Positions 8,727-17,006 are shown, counted from the first letter of the stretch. The stretch: DNA of 33,816 bases from Clostridia bacterium (GCA_035647175.1 DASRNX010000065.1:1-33816), one strand, 5' to 3'. Numbers and translations: made by a program. Notes: generated from the letters alone by a model not told the origin.

Positions 8727-9557
8727 ATGAGGAAATCATTAGTAGCTTTTATATTAACTTTAACCCTGGCTTTCAGCCTGTTATCAACACCTGCTATGGC
8801 ATATTACGGCAGGGATTGGAACCAAGGTCAGCATGTTAACAATTACATCAATTCGGGTAGCGGGTACAGGTCGATTCCCTTCTTTCGTCAAGATACAAAC
8901 GGAATGCTACTTAGGTTTAACAATTGGTATGTGAACTCCTTTAACAGAGTATATCAATCGGGATCCGGCGGGAACATTCAAGCGCCGCAGCCGGAAACAA
9001 GACCCGAAGCACCCGCTCCGGCACCTGAAGCAAAACCGGAACAGCCGGCGCCTGCTCCTGAGTACAACCCGGGGCCTACGCAACAGCCGTCACAACCCAC
9101 CCCGGCGCCACAACCCGAAGCAAGGCCCGAGCAGCCTGTCCCTGCACCACAGCCAGCTCCTACACCACAAGGCATAGGCGGACAACAAGGTCAAATGCTG
9201 GATATGGTAAACCAGGAGAGAATAAAGGCCGGTTTAAAGCCCCTAGCATGGGACTCTGACTTGGCCAATGTAGCACAGGTTAAAGCTAAGGATATGAGCG
9301 ACAATAACTACTTTGATCATAACTCACCTACCTACGGAAGTCCTTTTGAGATGATGAAAAAGTTTGGCATAACCTACAGAGCAGCAGGGGAAAACCTGGC
9401 AGGATCTGGCGGCGTGGACAGAGCCCATGTCGGGCTTATGAATTCCGAAGGTCATAGAAAGAATATCCTAAACCCCAACTTTACACATTTGGGGATCGGG
9501 GTTGAAAAGAGCACCCGCTATGGCTACGTATATGTCCAGATGTTTGTAGGCAGGTAA
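8727..9557 (+). CDS. Secreted CAP/SCP-domain protein (YkwD-like) with Pro-rich linker
   Basis: The start is moved to the ATG at 8727, which has an AGGAGG RBS and gives the signal peptide MRKSLVAFILTLTLAFSLLSTPAMA. A PxPxP-rich linker follows. The C-terminal CAP domain has motifs YFDHNSP, GENLA and GHRKNIL. Confidence 0.85.
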   Translation: MRKSLVAFILTLTLAFSLLSTPAMAYYGRDWNQGQHVNNYINSGSGYRSIPFFRQDTNGMLLRFNNWYVNSFNRVYQSGSGGNIQAPQPETRPEAPAPAPEAKPEQPAPAPEYNPGPTQQPSQPTPAPQPEARPEQPVPAPQPAPTPQGIGGQQGQMLDMVNQERIKAGLKPLAWDSDLANVAQVKAKDMSDNNYFDHNSPTYGSPFEMMKKFGITYRAAGENLAGSGGVDRAHVGLMNSEGHRKNILNPNFTHLGIGVEKSTRYGYVYVQMFVGR

Positions 9558-9633
9558 TAGGACGAATAGCACCCGAGATAGAAGATTATTTAAGCTTATT
9601 TAGGCTTATTCAAAACAGATAGACTCCTTGTTA

Positions 9634-9668
9634 AAGGCGATGATACTCGGTATCATCGCCTTTTGTTC
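9634..9668. terminator. Bidirectional rho-independent terminator between the CAP gene and the SIMPL gene
   Basis: The 13-bp stem is aaggcgatgatac / gtatcatcgcctt (9634-9646 and 9650-9662) with a 3-nt loop. T-rich sequence follows on the + strand. Confidence 0.7.
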
Positions 9669-9752
9669 GTGATCCAAAAAGGATATTCAATTACAAAACG
9701 ATCAGACAATCCGGCCTTTATATTTATCAATCCCAAATTGCAAGGATTAATC

Positions 9753-10529
9753 TTACCGCACCTTATATATTATGGTTATATGGGCCTCTATTTCCAGCTC
9801 ACCGGAAGCTATGGGAACCCCACCGTTACTGTCCATCTCGTCTTCCACAAAATTTATTCCAGTCATACCCCTGGGATAAATCTCATTGGGTGTATTTCCC
9901 TCATAGACAGCCAATGGCTTTTCTAAGATAACGCCCGCCTTTTTTGCCATTACTTCCGCCTTGGCCTTCGCCTTATCCATCGCCTTTTCCAGTGCCTCTT
10001 CGTAGACGGCAGCGGTGTCCAGTATCCCGAAGCTTATTCCATAGGACCTATTGGCCCCTTCCCTGGAGACTGCATCCAACACCTCCCCTACAGAATCAAT
10101 TTTACGGACGGTAACCCTAAGCATATTTTCCACTTCATAACCCTCTAAAATCTCCCTGTTGCCATTATAGTTGTACCTAGGCCATATATTATAAGCTGAT
10201 GTCTGAATGTCCTTATCTTCGATGTTCAGCGAAGCCAGTTTTCCCACGATCTTGGTCATTATATCCTTGTTCTCATCCTGTGCTATTTTGGCATCCTTAT
10301 CTACTGTCCTGACCCCTACTTCCAAGTAGGCAACATCGGGCTTTATGCTGACCTTTCCCGTCCCTGTCACTGTTAGGGTATTATCCCTTGCCCTGTCATC
10401 AACCCTGTCGGTGCTTAAGTTCACCTCTGATCCGGCGACTCTCCCGGCAGTAATTATGCCGGTTATTGCTACCGCACCTATCACAAGCAGGGTACCCACC
10501 AGTAAATAGATAAGTTTTTTATTATCCAT
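9753..10529 (-). CDS. SIMPL-domain (DUF541) membrane-anchored protein
   Basis: It has an N-terminal TM helix followed by sequence typical of the SIMPL / 26-kDa periplasmic immunogenic protein family. The start is set at the ATG at 10529, with AAGGAG 8 nt upstream. That ATG overlaps the upstream stop as ATGGATAA. Confidence 0.8.
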   Translation of the reverse strand: MDNKKLIYLLVGTLLVIGAVAITGIITAGRVAGSEVNLSTDRVDDRARDNTLTVTGTGKVSIKPDVAYLEVGVRTVDKDAKIAQDENKDIMTKIVGKLASLNIEDKDIQTSAYNIWPRYNYNGNREILEGYEVENMLRVTVRKIDSVGEVLDAVSREGANRSYGISFGILDTAAVYEEALEKAMDKAKAKAEVMAKKAGVILEKPLAVYEGNTPNEIYPRGMTGINFVEDEMDSNGGVPIASGELEIEAHITIIYKVR

Positions 10530-11799
10530 CACGGTCACTCCTTCCCTTTCTGATCCGCCTACTTTTTAACCATGCCCCCAGCAGCCATATTATCCAGCCA
10601 AGGGGAATCAATAAAACGAAAAACGGCAAGGCGCCTGCCAGGAATATAGTCATATTCTCCAAGAATCTTCCCATCCCCTTTAATGAATCCTTAAAGGCAT
10701 GGGCTATCCGTTCCCCTAGGGTCTCGGGCTCCGGTTCAGTAGGCTTTATCTCCTTGACCTCATACACATCTACATTGACCCGTGAGAAATTGACCATTTT
10801 CTCAAGCCCTTTTAAGGTGCCCGTATAGTTTTCAATCTCGTACCTTACCCTTGAGAGTTCGCTCTCCAATTCTATAATATCCTGCAGGATCTCCGCCCTT
10901 TCGAGTATGCTGAGAAGCCTCTCTTCCTGGATTGTAAGGGATTTGACCCTGGCCTGGGTATCCAGATACTGCCCTGTTACATCCTCGCCGCTGATTTCCT
11001 TGGTTATAAGATTGCCCAGCTCCCCTACCTCATTATTGAATTGTTCAAACTTTTTGTTGGGGATTCTGATCTCATAATTAGCTTGTCTGGGACGAAAACT
11101 ACCCATGGTTTCCTTGGATATCCCCTGGATATTGGAGGATTCAATATATCCCCCCATGAGCTTTACCTTTCCTTCGAGATTTCTGGTAAATACATCAAAT
11201 TCCAGGGTTTCTATGCCCAGATAAGCGGCTTTGATAATCATTCGTTGGGCATTACTTATATGTTCTTTGCCCATATCATAGGATATATCACTGTCGTCAC
11301 TCCCCCATCCTACATCGCTCTTTTGGTCCATTTCCCCCTGCTCCATACTGGGCATTTCCATATAGTCTTCTTCGCTTTCAACATATCCGTCTGCCTGTGG
11401 GGCCTCCGGTTGCCTATTTGATTGGCTTTGGGCTAGGTCATAGGCTGGGCTTTGAGATTTCATCCATCCCAATCCCAAAGTGTTTACCATGGTAATCCCT
11501 ATTGCTATAACCACCAATACCGAAGCCAATCCAATGAATATTGGCACCCTGTGTTTCCTTCCTAACATTTCATTCTCCCCCTTTTTATATAACTTTTCGC
11601 TCAGTCTGCTATGAAAACCCGGAGGTACTTCTACGGTGCCCAGCTCCTTACAAGAGTTCTTGATTTTCATAACGTCCTCGTAGTATTCTCTGCAATCAGG
11701 GCACCGATTAAGGTGGGCCTCTACTTTATTAAGATCCCGGCCAACCAGCCGGCGGTCTATATACAGTGAAAGTTCATATCTGATTTTCTTGCAGCCCAT
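10522..11799 (-). CDS. zf-HC2 anti-sigma-factor-like membrane protein with C-terminal DUF4349-like coiled-coil domain
   Basis: The N-terminus is CKKIRYELSLYIDRRL...HLNRCPDCREYY (zf-HC2 pattern) and is followed by one TM helix. The extracytoplasmic domain has a coiled coil and terminal TM helices, as recalled for DUF4349. An AGGAGG RBS is present. Confidence 0.7.
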   Translation of the reverse strand: MGCKKIRYELSLYIDRRLVGRDLNKVEAHLNRCPDCREYYEDVMKIKNSCKELGTVEVPPGFHSRLSEKLYKKGENEMLGRKHRVPIFIGLASVLVVIAIGITMVNTLGLGWMKSQSPAYDLAQSQSNRQPEAPQADGYVESEEDYMEMPSMEQGEMDQKSDVGWGSDDSDISYDMGKEHISNAQRMIIKAAYLGIETLEFDVFTRNLEGKVKLMGGYIESSNIQGISKETMGSFRPRQANYEIRIPNKKFEQFNNEVGELGNLITKEISGEDVTGQYLDTQARVKSLTIQEERLLSILERAEILQDIIELESELSRVRYEIENYTGTLKGLEKMVNFSRVNVDVYEVKEIKPTEPEPETLGERIAHAFKDSLKGMGRFLENMTIFLAGALPFFVLLIPLGWIIWLLGAWLKSRRIRKGRSDRDG

Positions 11800-11861
11800 C
11801 CTTATTCGCCTCCTGTTTTTGCTTCCTATATCTATTGACGCTATATATGTTAAATAGTTGC

Positions 11862-11893
11862 AAAAAAAATTCCTGTCTGCGATCAGACAGGAA
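11862..11893 (-). terminator. Rho-independent terminator of the YdjM-like gene
   Basis: The minus strand reads ttcctgtctg-atcg-cagacaggaa followed by tttttttt. The upstream arm overlaps the last codons and the stop codon. Confidence 0.85.
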
Positions 11894-12827
11894 CCTTTAT
11901 TTCCCTTTGCTTGTTATAAGGCTGAAACGCCGAATATATAGGTTCAAATTGGGAGTTAAAGAGCGCAGTAGCGTGGTGTAGATAGCTTCCCTTAACATAA
12001 TATCTTAGATCAGTGATAATAGCTCTATGATTTTTCCCGTCCTTTATCCAGTCCACATGATAGTGGGGAGAAAAGTCTTTAAAAAATCGGCCTATATTGG
12101 TATCCATCACCAAACTTTCGAGCCCCGAACTGCTCCGCCTTAAGCGATCCCTCACCTCGATATCGCCCCTTAAGGTATTGACCCGTCCTGTTATGACCTC
12201 TGCACTCTTGTACAGGATAAAGTCCCATTTAAAGAGCCTCAGCATAGAGGGCATGACAACTATCTCCTGATCCGCTTCATTCCCAAAATATCGAATCAAA
12301 TTTTTGTATACCCGTCTCTTGAGTAACCATCTAAATATGAGATACAGGGCAAAGAACACTATACTGCCCACTATTCGTCCCATATGCGCCCCCTTGGAAA
12401 ATGATATTATTCCGGCCGAAATCAGCAGGGCGGGATCAAAGATCAACAACAAACCCGACTCAATTTTCTTACGATTTAAGGGCCATAGGATATTTGCGCC
12501 GTAAGAATTAAAAACATCCAATCCTATATGAAGCATATAGCCTCCAAAGGTCCAGGCAAAGATACTCCAAAAAGAAAAATCATGAAATAATCCCCTGAGG
12601 ATCCCGGAAATCATCAATGATATTATCGTTCCCATGGCTATAGAATGGGACGGTCCCCTGTGGTGCTTTAAATAGGTGTAGTCCCCCTTCAACTGGTAGA
12701 TTATATCGCCGTCGGGTATTACAGAGCCTATGAGACTGCCTATAGCCAATGGGTTATTTATTATGCCGGGCACCCCGGTTAAGCTGCCAAGCGCCAGGCC
12801 TACAACCCCATGTGTTATCAAATCCAT
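11883..12827 (-). CDS. Membrane-bound metal-dependent hydrolase, YdjM/DUF457 family
   Basis: Motifs are MDLITHG, PDGD and HRGPSHS in a polytopic protein. The start is set at the ATG at 12827 (AAGGTGA RBS), which matches the usual MD..TH N-terminus of the family. Confidence 0.75.
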   Translation of the reverse strand: MDLITHGVVGLALGSLTGVPGIINNPLAIGSLIGSVIPDGDIIYQLKGDYTYLKHHRGPSHSIAMGTIISLMISGILRGLFHDFSFWSIFAWTFGGYMLHIGLDVFNSYGANILWPLNRKKIESGLLLIFDPALLISAGIISFSKGAHMGRIVGSIVFFALYLIFRWLLKRRVYKNLIRYFGNEADQEIVVMPSMLRLFKWDFILYKSAEVITGRVNTLRGDIEVRDRLRRSSSGLESLVMDTNIGRFFKDFSPHYHVDWIKDGKNHRAIITDLRYYVKGSYLHHATALFNSQFEPIYSAFQPYNKQREIKVPV

Positions 12828-13034
12828 GTTATCACCTTTCATTTGCTTTACGATAAACATACTATATTAATGCACTGTACCGGTTAAACACCCAAATGAA
12901 CCGGCATCACAGATTACATTATGCTTCTGGCATCATAAAACATCATTACTTATATGCTGCTTATATCTATATGCTGCGAAAAATGCGTCGATCCAAGGCA
13001 GGATCAAAGGGCTCAATCGACCTTGAACCGCTAG

Positions 13035-13181
13035 ATATGTTACGAAAAAGATCTTTCAATACAAAATCAGTTAAGTTATCTGATTTTGTGTTAAAGCAAT
13101 GTATTTTTCGTAACATATGAATTGAGGATAATGTTTTACGACACCCCTATGCTAATGTAGAATGTTTGTCGTAAAATATAG
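13035..13181 (+). repeat. Family B composite inverted-repeat element, copy B1
   Basis: Roughly four-fifths of positions match the reverse complement of 19361-19508 by eye. It has a long two-tier hairpin. The outer tier is 15 bp (13035-13049 / 13104-13118) and the inner tier is 10 bp (13061-13070 / 13080-13089). A second hairpin pairs ttttacgaca / tgtcgtaaaa (13134-13143 / 13167-13176). Confidence 0.8.
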
Positions 13182-13330
13182 ACCCCCATGGAACGTACAT
13201 AGTTTACATAATATATTTTTACAGACATGATACGATTATAACATGGACTTATAGGCGTAGGCAACAACAATATGTTTTACGACAAACATTACCTATATTG
13301 GTACACAGGTCTGCTGTCTCAAAAAAGTTG

Positions 13331-13359
13331 TTGCATTTCTTCACAGGTTATGCTAATAT
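13331..13359 (+). promoter_or_regulatory. Sigma-A-type promoter with extended -10 for tRNA-Leu(CAA)
   Basis: The sequence is TTGCAT-17 nt-TAATAT, preceded by TGc (tgcTAATAT). It ends about 30 nt upstream of the mature tRNA 5' end. Confidence 0.55.
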
Positions 13360-13390
13360 ATTTTTACTGCGTCCCACGGTACGGATATTT

Positions 13391-13477
13391 GCCCGAGTGA
13401 TGGAATTGGCAGACGTGCGGGATTCAAAATCCCGTGGTAGCGATACCGTGTCGGTTCGAGCCCGACCTTGGGCACCA
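13391..13477 (+). tRNA. tRNA-Leu (anticodon CAA), class II, CCA encoded
   Basis: The sequence reads GCCCGAG..CGGGA-TTCAAAA-TCCCG..GTCGG-TTCGAGC-CCGAC-CTTGGGC-A-CCA. All arms pair, with one G-U in the acceptor stem. A long variable arm is present. Confidence 0.93.
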
Positions 13478-13481
13478 AAAT

Positions 13482-13521
13482 AAAAATCCTATAGGCTCAA
13501 TGAGCTTATAGGATTTTTTTC
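13482..13521. terminator. Bidirectional rho-independent terminator (tRNA-Leu(CAA) / convergent hypothetical gene)
   Basis: A stem of about 15 bp (aaatcctataggctc / gagcttataggattt) is flanked by an A-run on the left and a T7 run on the right. Confidence 0.85.
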
Positions 13522-13532
13522 TGTCTCCGGTT

Positions 13533-14255
13533 CTACTCTTCCACTTCATCCTCCTGCCCTAACAATCTGGGTCTGGGACATGGTTTTGGATCTATCGGCA
13601 TATCCTCCAGCTGTGGCGGAAATAAAGGTAGTCTGAAGAATTCGTCGCATACGTTGGATGCGAATTCTTCACAAGGAGGAATCTCGCAGAAACCGAATGC
13701 GGGAATTAACAGTTCGACCTTCGCAATAATCTTGAGTATGATGGTTATGCATACATCCAGATCAAATCTAAATGCATCGCCGGGTATAAACATCCCAGAA
13801 ACACAGATGGCGTTGACAACGCTTTCCAGTTGGAATGGGATTACTGATTCATCCGGCACAAACATTATTACATCCTTAGGTATACATATAACGGCCCTAC
13901 CGACCCCCTGTTTTCCCCTTGAATCCTCAAACACAACTTCGATGGGTATTTCTACTTTAGTCCTGACTCTGGCAAAGTTCGGTCTGTCTTCCAGCCTTTG
14001 GATTACGGTTCCTACCAGCTTACCCGTGACCGAAGTGCTCCTGCAGCTGACCAGGGTAAGGGGCGGATCAAACCCGGAACCCTTTACATGGGTAAGATTC
14101 ACCCTAACATTTTCTAGAACTTCCTGTTGCAGGCAAGAATCATAGACCTTGTTGACTTGAATACAAACCCGTTCCTTAATCCTTTTTAACCCATCGAAAC
14201 CAATTAACGAAGGACAACGTTCATTCCCCTGATTTTGCTGAGAATAAAAAGACAT
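13533..14255 (-). CDS. Hypothetical Cys-rich protein (family not recognised; possible spore-surface protein)
   Basis: The 240-aa ORF has a GAGGGGG RBS 7 nt upstream. Cysteines are scattered through the protein and cluster at the C-terminus (CEIPPCEEFASNVC). The tail is acidic. The functional guess is inference only. Confidence 0.6.
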   Translation of the reverse strand: MSFYSQQNQGNERCPSLIGFDGLKRIKERVCIQVNKVYDSCLQQEVLENVRVNLTHVKGSGFDPPLTLVSCRSTSVTGKLVGTVIQRLEDRPNFARVRTKVEIPIEVVFEDSRGKQGVGRAVICIPKDVIMFVPDESVIPFQLESVVNAICVSGMFIPGDAFRFDLDVCITIILKIIAKVELLIPAFGFCEIPPCEEFASNVCDEFFRLPLFPPQLEDMPIDPKPCPRPRLLGQEDEVEE

Positions 14256-14479
14256 CTTATAACCCCCTCAAATAAGTGGTCTCATATATAAGAGCATGTG
14301 CGCTCCTTATATTGCATAGTATGTATGGGAAGCAGCTTTTGTGAATAAGGAAGTTTCTAAAATGTTTTTGCAATTTGTTATAGATAAATTTAGTTGACCT
14401 ATTGTTTATCTACAGATAATCAACTACAACTATAAAAGGGGAACCATTCCTACAATGGATTTTTGGGGAGGTTACAGTC

Positions 14480-16429
14480 ATGGATGGGATTATTAACTTT
14501 GAATCGACTAGTTTTCTACAGGATCGGGAAGGGACCATATGGTTCTTCTATTTGTCCGATAATCAAAGAATTGGGTATGCTGTCAATATTCAGGGCGATT
14601 GGTCTGCCCATGAACATATCGATTCTCAGCCCATAAAGGGTTATTCGGCGACCCTAGACAGCAAAGGCATTATCCGATTGATTGCCTATACCGCTACTCA
14701 TCAATTAATCTATTACGAATTCGTGGGGGGTAAATGGAATAGCCAGGTGATAGAGCGAATCTATTCCAGATATCAGGATATCCCCTATTATTCTATACGA
14801 TCTTCGGTATTGGGCATTCATATTCTGTATTACATAAATCATTCCCTCAGCAGAAGCGGTGAAACCCTGATCCATTACTATCTGCAAGATGGGAGATGGA
14901 ACGGCGGAAGGCTCTGGAAATTTGTATCGGACCAGATGACTATGGTCCGGGATCTATATATCGATTCCCATAACAACCTCCAGCTTCTATTCACCCAAAG
15001 ATGGAGACAAAAACACCATCTTTATCACTGTGTATACGACCATGCCACCTTATCCTGGATGGATCCTGTCAATATCCATTCCGCGGTCTCTAGCTATGAC
15101 TACAGGTTGTTTGTAGGTTCGTCAGATGATCCCCACATCCTCTGGCATACAGAAATGGAGGGAAACCGACATATACACCACCTGTTTAAATCGGGGCCAC
15201 CACAAGATAGCCCCTCATGGCAGGAAGCATTGATTCATGAGACCCCACACAGCATTGATACACCGGTGCTCATGGAAGACGATAATGGGCTGTATTGTAT
15301 CTGGAAGGAGGATGGTCTAATATACAAAAGGCTTTCACATGATCTTGGGAGAACCTGGTCTACCCCTCAAGTGGCCACAGACAGCATGAATTATGACGCC
15401 AGCCTCCTTGATTTTGCATACTTAGACAACGGTATACCCAGATCCCTAAGCCTATGGGGGCAGGGCTACCCGGCTATGAGACTTGCAGTAGCCGACGATA
15501 AGATAGTGATAGATAGGGTAAAGATGCAAGATTCACCAAAACCTCCGCAACCCTCACCGGATCTTGACCAGGGAAAGAGGGATTCATTGGCTATTGCTGA
15601 TATTAAAAGAACAATCGCTTCCATAAGGAGAAAAAACAGCGGTCTTTCGGAGGACATTGGGAATCTGTCTGTCCAGGTGGATCGTCTAAATGCATTGGTC
15701 TACACCCTTCAGGAGCAGATACAGATAAATGACCGCTCACTTTTCAATATCCATGCACAGATTAAGCAGTTAGACTTTCAGATAAAACAGCTTCAGCTTA
15801 GGTCTCGTCAGGTAAGCCCCAGGGTGTATAGTGCGGACGATAGCCGATATAGACCTTTGCCCATTACCTTGGATCAGGATGGAAAAATCCTTGTAGAATC
15901 TCAGCATCTACCGGCAGATGTATCGGCGGATGTAGAGGAGGACGAAGGAATGGAGCCGTTGGAGGAAAATGAAAGCAAATTAATTCATAAAGAGGATTCT
16001 AACCCCCTAAATAACAATCAGACTTACGCGGAATCGAAATCATCTCCAAAGGTAAAACCGCCGCAAACAGGTGATTCAACCGGGGGGCCGAAAAAGGATC
16101 CCCCTATGGGGGGTGGGAACACCCCAAAGGAAACCAAACCCAAAGTCCATGGTGATGGTCCCGTAGTCAGCGAAAGTACGGGAGATAGCATAAGTATGGA
16201 AGATAGCATAAGTACGGAGGATAGGAAAAGTATGGGGGATAGGAAAAGCACCAAGGAAAGCACCAGCCCAAGGGCTATAGTCACCGTCGAGGCCGTAGTA
16301 AGTCCCGAAGATGACGATCCCCCGGAAACCGATAGCCATCCGGAAGATAAAAGCAACAGGGATATTGAAAGGATATCCCTAGGCAATACCACTATACTTA
16401 TAAACCCTGAAAATCCAGAGGATTTTTAA
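14480..16429 (+). CDS. Hypothetical protein: N-terminal BNR/Asp-box beta-propeller-like region, central coiled coil, long disordered Ser/Pro/Asp/Glu-rich tail
   Basis: The 649-aa ORF has a GGGGAGG RBS. It contains a canonical Asp-box, SHDLGRTW (S-x-D-x-G-x-T-W), and repeated aromatic-rich strand-like segments. A heptad-like stretch (LSVQVDRLNALVYTLQEQIQ...QIKQLQL) is followed by low-complexity sequence. Confidence 0.65.
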   Translation: MDGIINFESTSFLQDREGTIWFFYLSDNQRIGYAVNIQGDWSAHEHIDSQPIKGYSATLDSKGIIRLIAYTATHQLIYYEFVGGKWNSQVIERIYSRYQDIPYYSIRSSVLGIHILYYINHSLSRSGETLIHYYLQDGRWNGGRLWKFVSDQMTMVRDLYIDSHNNLQLLFTQRWRQKHHLYHCVYDHATLSWMDPVNIHSAVSSYDYRLFVGSSDDPHILWHTEMEGNRHIHHLFKSGPPQDSPSWQEALIHETPHSIDTPVLMEDDNGLYCIWKEDGLIYKRLSHDLGRTWSTPQVATDSMNYDASLLDFAYLDNGIPRSLSLWGQGYPAMRLAVADDKIVIDRVKMQDSPKPPQPSPDLDQGKRDSLAIADIKRTIASIRRKNSGLSEDIGNLSVQVDRLNALVYTLQEQIQINDRSLFNIHAQIKQLDFQIKQLQLRSRQVSPRVYSADDSRYRPLPITLDQDGKILVESQHLPADVSADVEEDEGMEPLEENESKLIHKEDSNPLNNNQTYAESKSSPKVKPPQTGDSTGGPKKDPPMGGGNTPKETKPKVHGDGPVVSESTGDSISMEDSISTEDRKSMGDRKSTKESTSPRAIVTVEAVVSPEDDDPPETDSHPEDKSNRDIERISLGNTTILINPENPEDF

Positions 16430-17006
16430 AAAGAGAATCCAGGGATTTTAAAAGGACTTCCCTCCCCTGCCCGGTACTCGAGGAAAATGGAATCATTGGA
16501 CCATCTGCCGAAAGTCCCAATTTGTTCCGCAACTTGTCAATTTGCGGTTTGATTCTGGTTTTTCCCAGTTTATCGGCCTTTGTAGCCACGATGATTAGTG
16601 GCATATCATAGTGACCTATCCAATTGAGCATAGTAATATCATCATCGGTGGGGTTATGTCTTATATCTATGAGTTGGATTATTCCCAAGAGATTTGGGGA
16701 GGCAGAGAGAAACGTCTCAATCATATATCCCCATCTCTCCTTTTCTTTTCGGGACACCCTGGCAAACCCATAACCCGGAAGATCCACCAGATAGAAAGTC
16801 TCATTAATCCTATAAAAATTTACCAACCGGGTCTTCCCCGGCTGACCGCTGGTCTTGGCCAGCTTAGACCGCCTAGTAATTGTGTTTATAACGGAAGACT
16901 TGCCCACATTAGATTTTCCCGCCAAAGCGATGTAGGGCAGATGATCCGTCGGGTATTGATGCGATTCTACGGCACTGGTTATAAATTCAGCCTTTACTAT
17001 CTCCAT
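16398..17006 (-). CDS. engB: Ribosome biogenesis GTP-binding protein YsxC/EngB
   Basis: The G1 motif is GKSNVGKSS and DLPGYG is also present. Its position downstream of lon matches the Bacillus arrangement. The start is set at the ATG at 17006 (G-rich RBS), which overlaps the lon 3' end by 20 nt. Confidence 0.9.
   Translation of the reverse strand: MEIVKAEFITSAVESHQYPTDHLPYIALAGKSNVGKSSVINTITRRSKLAKTSGQPGKTRLVNFYRINETFYLVDLPGYGFARVSRKEKERWGYMIETFLSASPNLLGIIQLIDIRHNPTDDDITMLNWIGHYDMPLIIVATKADKLGKTRIKPQIDKLRNKLGLSADGPMIPFSSSTGQGREVLLKSLDSLFKNPLDFQGL

Noticed and set aside
9585-9615. Three tandem 10-11-nt units (attatttaagc / ttatttaggc / ttattcaaaa) lie after the CAP gene stop.
   Set aside because: This is short, degenerate, AT-rich low-complexity sequence just upstream of the terminator. 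No function can be supported.
12876-12905. The inverted repeat ccggtt-N13-aaccgg upstream of the YdjM-like gene was considered as a LexA (Cheo box) site, because E. coli ydjM is SOS-regulated.
   Set aside because: It does not match GAAC-N4-GTTC spacing. The arms are only 6 bp.
12896-13120. A 74-aa track ORF (+), and likewise the ORFs at 19215-19646 (+) and 19565-19747 (-).
   Set aside because: They have no RBS and run through Family B hairpins or the lonB terminator. Their composition is biased and basic, so the reading frames most likely arise from the repeat sequence.
13161-13176. TTTGTCGTAAAA in the Family B arms was considered as a Spo0A 0A-box (TTTGTCGAAAA).
   Set aside because: The match needs a 1-nt insertion or mismatch in the core TGTCGAA. 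The other arms (GTTACGAAAA) fit worse.
13654-14145. Long antisense ORFs inside real genes, for example 13654-14145 (+), 16024-16392 (-), 16611-17090 (+), 21026-21559 (+), 24358-24789 (+), 4628-5062 (+) and 11041-11421 (+).
   Set aside because: Each lies fully within a well-supported gene on the opposite strand. They lack an RBS and have low-complexity or Ser/Leu-rich translations typical of antisense frames.
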